This document shows, piece by piece, positions 8,127 through 16,330 of a stretch of DNA of 64,000 nucleotides. The stretch spans positions 3,353-67,352 of the forward strand of contig JANTHB010000003.1 of the NCBI GenBank assembly GCA_024762655.1, read 5' to 3'. The translations under genes were made by a program, and so were the position numbers. The notes beneath the pieces are model-generated. The model was not told where the DNA came from. It saw only the letters and a program-made list of their open reading frames with translations, and ran no database searches. Within the stretch, counting starts at the first letter, position 1. Every line of letters starts with the position of its first letter. The stretch comes from Bacteroidales bacterium. GTDB taxonomy: Bacteria > Bacteroidota > Bacteroidia > Bacteroidales > VadinHA17.

Positions 8127-10514
8127 TTATTCGTTTTCCGGAACGAAATATACCGAAAAATACGCAATCTCAGGAATGGCCGACGATTCATTCACAATCA
8201 GCCGGAGACGTTTCACCTTCATCGTATCAAACGGTATAATCAGTTTATGTCCTATGCAGGTCCCCTCGAACAGGGTAATCCATTTTTTCCCGGAATATCC
8301 TTCCACTTTAAATTTCCTTACCCTCTCTCCGTTCCTGATATTTTCCATCAGCACAATTTGGTTTACAGGTTGCAATTCGGGTAGAGGTAATTCAATCCTA
8401 CGTCCTTTTCCCGAGGCGACAGCCAGCGGATGTGCAAACCTGGACCGTATGGCATCCCCAAATTCTTTCATCCGATCCACGTCAGCCTGAGGGATGCGTC
8501 CTTCAGGGTCGGGGGTTATCCCCAGAATCAAGGTCGAATTATGCCCGACAGAACGATAAAACATATTGATAAGGTTGTTTACCGGAAAGATATGGCTTTC
8601 ATCCCCGGGTTCCCAGAACCATTCATGACGGCCTTTATAACCGCGCAACGGAGCATCTGCCATGGCCGGCATCCAGTATTTTCCGTCAGGGTCGCCTTTT
8701 TTCAGGAGTTCGTAGTTGTTTTTCATGATCTCAGGATAGAGGATCCCGTCGGTTGATGGATACGGGAAAGTAGCCCAACAGGGATAAGGCATTACCCCGC
8801 TTTCCGAGCCGCCCCAGCGGGCCTCGGCCCGTTGTGCGTTATGATAAAACAGGCAGTTGGGCTGATACTGTTCCACAATGGGTAACACATCCGGCGCCCC
8901 CCGGTCCGGGCTGTCAGCCCCACCGTCAAACCAGATCTCAAACAGATCTCCGTAGCGTGTGCAGACCTCTTTCACCATCCCTTCTACCATCCGGTTGTAC
9001 CAGGCCTGCCGGTTTTCGCGGAACAGCCCCTCTCCTTCCACCCTGAAATTATGCACTCCCAACAAGGAATTCCAGCGGATGCCAAGGTACAAGCCGGGTT
9101 TGATCCCGTATTTGCGACAAGAGTTGACAAAATCACGAACAATGTCGCCCTTGCCGTCCTTCCACTTCACGGCTTTCAGGCAATAAGGATTCACATCGGA
9201 CGGATAGAGGGCAAAGCCCGTCTCGTGAGTGACGGTAAGAATGGCAAAGGTAGCGCCCATGGCTTTGACAGCCCGTATCCACTGATCCGTATCCAGATGT
9301 TTGGGGTTGAAAATGTTATAATCGGGGATGGGTGTGATCCTGTTGGAAGGCTGGGAATATCTCTTGCCGTCGAAAACGTGAAGATCATAGGATATCAGCA
9401 CGCCCATCTCCGCCTCCTGCCAGGCCCGCTGACGTGGGTTGGGAAGCGGGTGGTCCGTGTGGGTTACCGGAATACAGATATTATACGACTCGTCCCCCTG
9501 CTTGACCGCCATGCTCAATACCCGGGGCTCGTCATCTTCCAGATAAACAAAAGGCCGTTCCAGCCGGCCGGGTTTCAGCACGGTTCCGTCGGACATGGGC
9601 ACCTTCCTGGGCATAACAACATAATCCACAGCTTTCTTCCAATGAATGCCATCCGCCGAAGTAACCATTCCGATGAAGGTATGGGCATGAAACACCCCGT
9701 AAAAACGGTCTCTTTTCCGGTCGTACCACACAGACATATCTTCCGTATCCAGGAAGTCGATCACCGGCTCAGGCTGCATGATAAACGGACCTGTCGGAGC
9801 ATCCGAGACAGCTACCGCCTGATTTCTCAGGAATTTTTTCGCGCCGGGTTTATCGCCTTTCACGATGAGATAGTACCGGCCGTCTTTCCCCCTGGCGATG
9901 GCCGGGTTCACCGCCACCCGGGTAATGGGTCCCGAGGGCTCTATCAGCGGTTGTTCCATACGCTGCCATGGTCCGTTCAGGGAAGAAGATACAGCCACCC
10001 CCGCACGCTGGTTGTTGCGCAGCGGCATCCATAAGGGATGTGTATATCCGGTGTGTGCCACTTCCAGGAGTTTCTCCTTAGTCAGCACCTGACCCCCATA
10101 ATTCGTTGAAATGTAGTATAGATAATATTTCCCGTTAAAATATTTGATCTTGGGGTTGTGACAGGTATACGCATCCCAATGGCCGGGACCCCGTCCCTGC
10201 AAAACAGTCTCTTTGTATTTCCACGGACCGGCAGGCGTATCGGAGATCGCATGAGCCACTTCGGAAAAGAGCAACCACCCCGTGAAACTGTATTCTTTTT
10301 TCCACCGGGCATAAAAGAGATGATACTTCCCGTCCTTCCCCCTGATGATGGAAGCACCCCAGTTATAATATCCGGCGGTTTTGAAGATGTTATCCCGGGT
10401 AACGGGCTGAAGCCGGTCCCTCAAATACAAATCATCCGGGGGAGCCTGTCCGAAAACCGAAAAAACATTGAAAAACAGAATTAAAAACGGTAAAAAGAAA
10501 CCATACTTTTTCAT
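8127..10514 (-). CDS. Fusion glycosidase: N-terminal beta-propeller GH-like domain, then GH29 alpha-L-fucosidase-like domain, then C-terminal F5/8-type-C (discoidin)-like domain
   Basis: 795 aa with a signal peptide (MKKYGFFLPFLILFFNVFSVFGQ). The propeller motifs are AGPWKYKE, NGPWQRMEQP, TGPFIMQP and SADGIHWKKA. The GH29-like motifs are AILTVTHETGFALYPS, GIKPGLYLG and FEIWFDGGA. The C-terminal part (KFKVEGYSGKKWITLFEG ... LRLIV) is discoidin-like. Confidence 0.65.
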   Translation of the reverse strand: MKKYGFFLPFLILFFNVFSVFGQAPPDDLYLRDRLQPVTRDNIFKTAGYYNWGASIIRGKDGKYHLFYARWKKEYSFTGWLLFSEVAHAISDTPAGPWKYKETVLQGRGPGHWDAYTCHNPKIKYFNGKYYLYYISTNYGGQVLTKEKLLEVAHTGYTHPLWMPLRNNQRAGVAVSSSLNGPWQRMEQPLIEPSGPITRVAVNPAIARGKDGRYYLIVKGDKPGAKKFLRNQAVAVSDAPTGPFIMQPEPVIDFLDTEDMSVWYDRKRDRFYGVFHAHTFIGMVTSADGIHWKKAVDYVVMPRKVPMSDGTVLKPGRLERPFVYLEDDEPRVLSMAVKQGDESYNICIPVTHTDHPLPNPRQRAWQEAEMGVLISYDLHVFDGKRYSQPSNRITPIPDYNIFNPKHLDTDQWIRAVKAMGATFAILTVTHETGFALYPSDVNPYCLKAVKWKDGKGDIVRDFVNSCRKYGIKPGLYLGIRWNSLLGVHNFRVEGEGLFRENRQAWYNRMVEGMVKEVCTRYGDLFEIWFDGGADSPDRGAPDVLPIVEQYQPNCLFYHNAQRAEARWGGSESGVMPYPCWATFPYPSTDGILYPEIMKNNYELLKKGDPDGKYWMPAMADAPLRGYKGRHEWFWEPGDESHIFPVNNLINMFYRSVGHNSTLILGITPDPEGRIPQADVDRMKEFGDAIRSRFAHPLAVASGKGRRIELPLPELQPVNQIVLMENIRNGERVRKFKVEGYSGKKWITLFEGTCIGHKLIIPFDTMKVKRLRLIVNESSAIPEIAYFSVYFVPENE

Positions 10515-10592
10515 TGTGATCTTTTCAGGAATTGAAAGAAAAACTAATATTGGTAAATATAATAAATTAAGAAAATATTTTTGTCTATAAGA

Positions 10593-10621
10593 ATATGTCG
10601 AATGTTTGAAACATTCGACAT
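10593..10621. repeat. REP-like palindrome, solo copy
   Basis: tatgtcgaatgttt-g-aaacattcgacata has perfect 14-bp arms. It lies in the intergenic gap downstream of the GH127-like gene. Confidence 0.75.
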
Positions 10622-10877
10622 AAATTATACACAGCGACTTACAACAATATTAATGCGTCTTATCCTCTCCTTCTGCACCCTGTAAACGACAAGGGTCCTC
10701 TCATCCGGCGAATATCCGCCACGATCCTGTCCGGTGATTTTTTCCTACGTAGTTGCCTACGTAGATTTTTCGTATCACACTGTAATACCCACACTTATAA
10801 TAACCGCAATCGATATACCTGTTTTCACGGGAGGGAGCCGGAAAAACCACATCCAGACATGCGGGCACCGGATCCGG

Positions 10878-12899
10878 TCATTTTTCACAAACCGGGAAGG
10901 CCGATATCCGGATCCGGGCAGCACCCATGGGCACCAGGGTAACGGTTTCCCTGGGTTCGGTGGTACTGACCGGGCTAAGAGGGATTCTCTGCACCAGGCC
11001 TTTTTCGTCGAGTTTCCAGGCAGGTATTTTTCTGGCCTGGGTCTGTATCTCAACCGGAGCGTTTTCCGGGGTAAAAGGCATGTCATTCCGGGGCCACGGT
11101 TTCCGGATAACCCTGAAGGATCTTTCAGGAAGCTGATCATCCACAACCAGGCCATAGTTCCATGCGGAAGCCGGAAATATTTCCCAGGCCGGCCATTTCT
11201 CCGTGCCTCCTTTTTGAACATAATTTTCCTTTATCTTCAATGAGAAGGTCAGCGGACCGTAATTGACAGAGACACTTTTTTTATTCTTCTCCCATTTTTT
11301 TATGTACAACGGCATAGGCAGGATAAGTGTGATCCGATCCTCTTTGCTAAAAACCCTGGCTATTTTTATATAAGCCTGTGGCCGGGCATCCGGGGTAATC
11401 TTTTTCCCGTTTATCTGAAGCTCAGGATTGTTGCACCATCCCGGGATACGAAGATAAAGCGGGAAAGCAACGGAGGTGTCCGGATTGATAATAAATTCAA
11501 TCTTATCTTCGAAAGGGTAATGTGTTTTCTCCGATATTTTCACCGTAACTCCGTTACCGGCTTTGGCCGTCACATCACTGGCAGAGAAAAAGACGGCTGC
11601 CAGACCGTTATCAGGGGTAGCATACCATAGATTTTCAGCATAATAGGGCCATCCCTGTCCCGAATTATGCTGGCAACAGCGATGAATATGCGGGTTCATC
11701 CAAAACATGGGGCCACAGTTATCTATTCCGGGGCATTTGCTCATGGAGTCAGATTGGGGCATGTTGGGAGCGGTAAGATAACGCAGCGCTTTCATATCCG
11801 GGGTAAAAGCAGCCGGCAGGGTATTGAATGCATCATTTTCACAACGATCGGCCCACACCGGATTTCCGGTGATACGTACCAGTACCTCGTCGGACAACAT
11901 ATCTTCCACGATCCCGCACGTCTCAATGGCCTGCCGTGGTCCCGTATAGCCCGGCCTGCAATTTTCATCTCCCCCGAACAATCCACCGGGGACCTGTCCA
12001 TACTTCTCCCTAACCGTTTGCCAGTTTCTCTCTGCAGCCTGCAGATCTCCGGGATCTTTGGATTGGATCCAGTATGTGGCAGGTTCGCCAAAAGCCTGTG
12101 CAATGTTTACATTGTGCCAACTGGCAATACCGGTATCCCAGCGGGCGGTATTCCGGTGTATTTTCTTCGCAAAGTCCAGCAGCCATTTTTCTCCTGTACG
12201 GTTATACAGCCAATAGGTGGAATACAACATGTCTCCGGCCCGCATCTTCGGCCAGAAACCCACCAGAAACTTATCATCCGGATAGGTCTGCAGGTATTTG
12301 AAATATCGTGACATCAGGGAAAGGACACTGTCATTGCCTGCATATTCATAATAGTTCTGCAGACAGGTAAGCATCACCATATTGGGCCACAGGTCGGCCC
12401 GGCCCCTGAGATGGGTGGCGATACCGCTTTTCTCATGCTCGGGCCCAATCCATCCGTCCTCACGCTGGTTGCGCAAAACAGCATGGATCCAGGTCCCCGC
12501 TTCCCGGATCATGCTCTCATTGTTCAGCACATAGCCGCAATTGCTGTACCCTTTCAGCCAGTAAGGCATTTCTTCCCAGCCATGTTCCCCTTTGCCCTGC
12601 GGGTCCAGCCAGGCATTGTTTTCTTTTTGGAGATAACGGCTGATTTCTTCCAGATGACCGTGAAACCCGTCGGCCTGAAGCTCCAGTTCCTTTTTCAGCC
12701 AGCCTTCCGGCTTGATCGCTCCTATCGGCAATTTGATGAAGGGAGCGGGCTGCAAAGGAGGCCGGTTCCCCGTATAAAAGGAATTGACAGTCCCGGTATC
12801 CGGTACTTGTACCACGGTAACGGTTTCATCAGGACGCGTGGTGCATGCCACTGCGATGAGGAGAATTCCTGATGCAAGAAAGGAGATGATCTTTTTCAT
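10878..12899 (-). CDS. GH127/GH146-like (DUF1680, beta-L-arabinofuranosidase-type) glycoside hydrolase, lipoprotein
   Basis: The track ORF runs to 12980. An internal ATG at 12899 gives a proper lipoprotein signal (MKKIISFLASGILLIAVAC), so I call the start there. The Cys-rich motif HRCCQHNSGQGWPYY resembles the CCxxN catalytic/zinc motif of GH127-type enzymes. Family assignment is tentative. Confidence 0.5.
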   Translation of the reverse strand: MKKIISFLASGILLIAVACTTRPDETVTVVQVPDTGTVNSFYTGNRPPLQPAPFIKLPIGAIKPEGWLKKELELQADGFHGHLEEISRYLQKENNAWLDPQGKGEHGWEEMPYWLKGYSNCGYVLNNESMIREAGTWIHAVLRNQREDGWIGPEHEKSGIATHLRGRADLWPNMVMLTCLQNYYEYAGNDSVLSLMSRYFKYLQTYPDDKFLVGFWPKMRAGDMLYSTYWLYNRTGEKWLLDFAKKIHRNTARWDTGIASWHNVNIAQAFGEPATYWIQSKDPGDLQAAERNWQTVREKYGQVPGGLFGGDENCRPGYTGPRQAIETCGIVEDMLSDEVLVRITGNPVWADRCENDAFNTLPAAFTPDMKALRYLTAPNMPQSDSMSKCPGIDNCGPMFWMNPHIHRCCQHNSGQGWPYYAENLWYATPDNGLAAVFFSASDVTAKAGNGVTVKISEKTHYPFEDKIEFIINPDTSVAFPLYLRIPGWCNNPELQINGKKITPDARPQAYIKIARVFSKEDRITLILPMPLYIKKWEKNKKSVSVNYGPLTFSLKIKENYVQKGGTEKWPAWEIFPASAWNYGLVVDDQLPERSFRVIRKPWPRNDMPFTPENAPVEIQTQARKIPAWKLDEKGLVQRIPLSPVSTTEPRETVTLVPMGAARIRISAFPVCEK

Positions 12900-13026
12900 A
12901 ATTTCCCGGTTTTTGGTTGAAAATTCAGCAAGGCTAAAATATGGAAAATTCCGGCACGGAGCAAGCGTCTTCCCTCCCAAAATTATCCGGTAACACCAAA
13001 TGGTTTTTATTTACTGATTTTGTGTT

Positions 13027-13034
13027 TATCTTTG
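13027..13034 (+). promoter_or_regulatory. Candidate -7 promoter box (TAnnTTTG) for the GH2 gene
   Basis: Exact match tatctttg in the divergent intergenic region, 105 nt upstream of the ATG at 13140. Confidence 0.25.
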
Positions 13035-13139
13035 ATATACAATACCGGATACAGAATCTGTCATGAACAAAATCCACCCATGGACTCCCCGGATCAGAAA
13101 GAGATCCCCTTTTCCTACAAAATATAACATCCTTACAAA

Positions 13140-15425
13140 ATGAAGAAAATCTCCCTTTCCGCCCTTGCATTTTTCCTCTTCGTATCATTGCACCCTCTAT
13201 GGGGACAAAACCGCACAGAGATTCCGCTGGCCAAAGGCTGGCATTTTACCGGAGGGTCTGTTTCGGGAATAAAAATTGATGATACGGTCCGGGTTCCGCA
13301 TACCTGGAATGCCACCGACGCACAGGAGGGGATCTCTTATTACCGTGGTGAAGGCGTCTATGAAAAGAAAATCATAGCCCCTGCCACCTGGAAAGGGAAG
13401 CGCGTTTTCGTAAGATTCGAAGGTGTAATGACCACAGCCCGGGTCTATCTCAACGACACGTTACTGGGCAGGCACCGGGGCGGTTATTCCGCTTTTGTCT
13501 TTGAGCTGACACCACAATTAAAGTACGGGAAGGAAAACATCCTCCGGGTTGTAGCCAACAACACCTACACCCCCGATGTACCTCCCCTGGGGGGTGATTT
13601 CAACCTGTACGGAGGAATTTACCGTCCCGTAAAACTGATCGTCGCTCCCCGGGTCTGTATCAGCCCCCTGGATCATGCCTCCCCCGGTATCTATCTGATC
13701 CCCATGCATGTGTCAGAATCCTCTGCCGAGATAGCCGTGAAGGCAGATATCTCCAATGCCACCGGCAGAAAGGCAAACCGGTCCCTGGCAATCACCCTGC
13801 TGGATGCGGAAGGGAGGAGGGTTCAGGCTCTGAAGGAGATGTATAACGCTCCTCCCGGCGAAAGCACATTCTCCAAAAACCTTACCATGCGGCATCCGAG
13901 ATTATGGAATGGCAGGGAAGATCCCTATCTGTACCATGTAAAAGTCGATCTTCTGGAGGACGGCCGGATCACCGACAGTGAGACCCAGCCGCTGGGATTG
14001 CGTTATTTCAGGGTCGATCCTGACAGTGGATTTTTCCTTAACGGACGGCATTTGACGCTACGGGGAGTAAGTCGTCACCAGGACCGCTACAATAAAGGAT
14101 CTGCTCTTTCATACAGCGACCACAAACAGGATATGGATCTTATTCTTGAAATGGGGGCAAACGCACTGCGACTTGCACATTACCAGCAGGCCGCCGACAT
14201 GTATAACCTGGCCGACAGCACCGGGGTCATCGTCTGGGCAGAGATTCCCTGGGTGGGCGCTCCCGGAGGTTTCCTGAGCAAAACCAACGGATATGAACCC
14301 ACCAAAGCTTTTCAGGACAATCTGAAACAGCAACTAACCGAACTGATAAGACAAAACTTCAATCACCCCTCCATCATTTTCTGGAGCATCTTCAATGAGA
14401 TCCAGGTCCCGGAAAAAGAAAGCCCCGTGGCTTTTGTAAAAACGCTCAACAAACTGGCAAAAAGCGAGGATTCCTCCCGCCTGACAGCCGGGGCCAGCAT
14501 GCTCGACCCTGATAAGAACATCCATAACATCACCGATGTCATAGCCTGGAACCGGTATTACGGATGGTATTACGGTAAACCGTCAGGGATCGGGAAATTC
14601 CTGGACAAAACCCATGAAGACTATCCCCGCCTCTGTATCGGGCTGAGTGAATACGGAGCAGGCGGCAGTATCTCTCAACATACAAAAAAACCGGCCCCGC
14701 CCAATCCTTTCGGCTCACCTCATCCTGAAGAGTGGCAGGGATATTTCCATGAAGAGTACCTGAAAGCTTTCAGCACCCGTCCGTATGTATGGGGGACTTT
14801 CGCGTGGAACATGTTCGACTTCGGTTCCAGCATCAGGCGCGAAGGAGATCATTACGGCATCAACGACAAAGGTCTGGTAACCTTTGACCGGAAAACGAAA
14901 AAAGATGCTTTTTACTTATATAAAGCCCACTGGAGTAACCAGCCCGTGCTGCATATCACTTCAAAACGTTTTCTTTTCCGGTATGATAAGACTATAGATG
15001 TAAAAGTATATACCAACCTCAAAACGATAACGCTCACAGTTAACGGCAACGTCATCGGCTCACAGTCACCGGAGAACAACATGGTTGTCTGGAAAGATAT
15101 ACCCCTGAAACCAGGCAACAACGGGATCCGCGTCGAAGGGGTATGGAACGGGAAAACACTCTCGGATGACTGTGTACAGGTACTGGATACCGGTTCCTCC
15201 ATGCGAAAAGTATCAAAGATCTATGGTCTCCTGAAACATATATATTTTATACTTTTCGTCGGACTGCTGCTGCTTGTCTGGTTATGGGTCAAAGGCTGGC
15301 GAAGCAGGCGCAGATCCGTGAAATGGAAACGTATCCCGGCCAGAGTCTTCTTCTTCATCATCCTAACAGCGGAAATTCTCCTGATGGTAATAAAAACACT
15401 TGTAATCTTGCAGACAGGAACATGA
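13140..15425 (+). CDS. Glycoside hydrolase family 2 (beta-galactosidase/beta-glucuronidase-like) with a C-terminal two-helix membrane tail
   Basis: 761 aa with a signal peptide. GH2 motifs are GGYSAFVFELT, NLYGGIYRPV, RGVSRHQD, ANALRLAHYQQ, IIFWSIFNE and GLSEYGAGG. The last 74 aa, starting at an in-frame ATG at 15201, form two hydrophobic helices separated by RSRRRSVKWKR. Confidence 0.8.
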   Translation: MKKISLSALAFFLFVSLHPLWGQNRTEIPLAKGWHFTGGSVSGIKIDDTVRVPHTWNATDAQEGISYYRGEGVYEKKIIAPATWKGKRVFVRFEGVMTTARVYLNDTLLGRHRGGYSAFVFELTPQLKYGKENILRVVANNTYTPDVPPLGGDFNLYGGIYRPVKLIVAPRVCISPLDHASPGIYLIPMHVSESSAEIAVKADISNATGRKANRSLAITLLDAEGRRVQALKEMYNAPPGESTFSKNLTMRHPRLWNGREDPYLYHVKVDLLEDGRITDSETQPLGLRYFRVDPDSGFFLNGRHLTLRGVSRHQDRYNKGSALSYSDHKQDMDLILEMGANALRLAHYQQAADMYNLADSTGVIVWAEIPWVGAPGGFLSKTNGYEPTKAFQDNLKQQLTELIRQNFNHPSIIFWSIFNEIQVPEKESPVAFVKTLNKLAKSEDSSRLTAGASMLDPDKNIHNITDVIAWNRYYGWYYGKPSGIGKFLDKTHEDYPRLCIGLSEYGAGGSISQHTKKPAPPNPFGSPHPEEWQGYFHEEYLKAFSTRPYVWGTFAWNMFDFGSSIRREGDHYGINDKGLVTFDRKTKKDAFYLYKAHWSNQPVLHITSKRFLFRYDKTIDVKVYTNLKTITLTVNGNVIGSQSPENNMVVWKDIPLKPGNNGIRVEGVWNGKTLSDDCVQVLDTGSSMRKVSKIYGLLKHIYFILFVGLLLLVWLWVKGWRSRRRSVKWKRIPARVFFFIILTAEILLMVIKTLVILQTGT

Positions 15426-15692
15426 GCAGATTCTTTGTGATTCTACTCCGGATTACGCTTTCTTCGTCCACAGCACACGTTCGGGATTTTATGATCTGAC
15501 ATTCACTGTGGAAGTTGTCCGGAACCGTTTTTTCAGTCGGCAGAAGCGTGTTTTTTTAAGAATGACTGTTGTAAAACATACAGGTAACCGTGCCAGATAT
15601 ATATGATATTCAGAAATATAACGTAACTTGTCTCTTGTATTCATAAATATTGGTTCTCCCGGGGAGCGGAACCGTTCTGAAAAAGAGATGAA

Positions 15693-16271
15693 ATGAAAGC
15701 CGGATTAATATTTACAATAGTAGTTTTCACTTTAGCATCTTGCTCACATTCAAAAAGGAACAAATCCGAAGAAATAAAATACCATGATCTGGACTTATCC
15801 TCCATTGATACGACTGATTATTTAATTGCCAGATCATCCAATGGCCCGGTTTACGAGTTTGGCAGCCCTTTTGCATTTACAGATCAAAGGAACAACACGA
15901 TTATTCCCGTTGGAAAATATTATGCGACATGGACTGATACATTAAGAACTTTTGCGATTGTCTCTGATCATAAATATGGAATCATAGGCATTGACAGAAA
16001 TGAAAACATTCTTTTTCAGGTATTTACCTTCGACAATGGACCGGATTATGTGAAAGAAGGTTTATTCAGAGTTATAAGAAATGGTAAAATAGGATATGCA
16101 AACGAATCCGGGGAGATCGTGATTCCGTGCCGGTTTGAATGTGCATATCCTTTTGAAAACGGCAAAGCAAAAGTTTCCAGGAAATGTAAAACAATAAAAG
16201 ACAAAGAGCACACAATATGGGAAAGTGATTCATGGTATTTTATAGACAGAACAGGAAAAAGAATTAAATAA
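15693..16271 (+). CDS. WG-repeat (KWG-like) lipoprotein, function unknown
   Basis: 192 aa with a lipobox (FTLASC) and motifs GLFRVIRNGKIGYANESGEIVIPCRFECAYPFENGKAKV, typical of WG-containing repeats. The gene is visibly more AT-rich than its neighbours. Confidence 0.55.
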   Translation: MKAGLIFTIVVFTLASCSHSKRNKSEEIKYHDLDLSSIDTTDYLIARSSNGPVYEFGSPFAFTDQRNNTIIPVGKYYATWTDTLRTFAIVSDHKYGIIGIDRNENILFQVFTFDNGPDYVKEGLFRVIRNGKIGYANESGEIVIPCRFECAYPFENGKAKVSRKCKTIKDKEHTIWESDSWYFIDRTGKRIK

Positions 16272-16330
16272 AAGAGCATTCAGGACTGCCCGCTCTTTCT
16301 GCTCATTTCTCATCTCTCATCTCTTACTGC

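Noticed and set aside
10868-10917. Recurrence of the 10-bp palindrome CCGGATCCGG (10868-77, 10908-17, 31154-63).
   Set aside because: CCGG and GGATCC words are frequent throughout this sequence. One copy is inside coding sequence (RIRISA). I could not compute an expectation, so the evidence is too weak to call it a motif.
12900-12980. N-terminal 27-aa extension of the GH127-like ORF (MGGKTLAPCRNFPYFSLAEFSTKNREI).
   Set aside because: The internal ATG at 12899 gives a canonical lipoprotein signal peptide. The extension has no signal-like character and would bury the lipobox.
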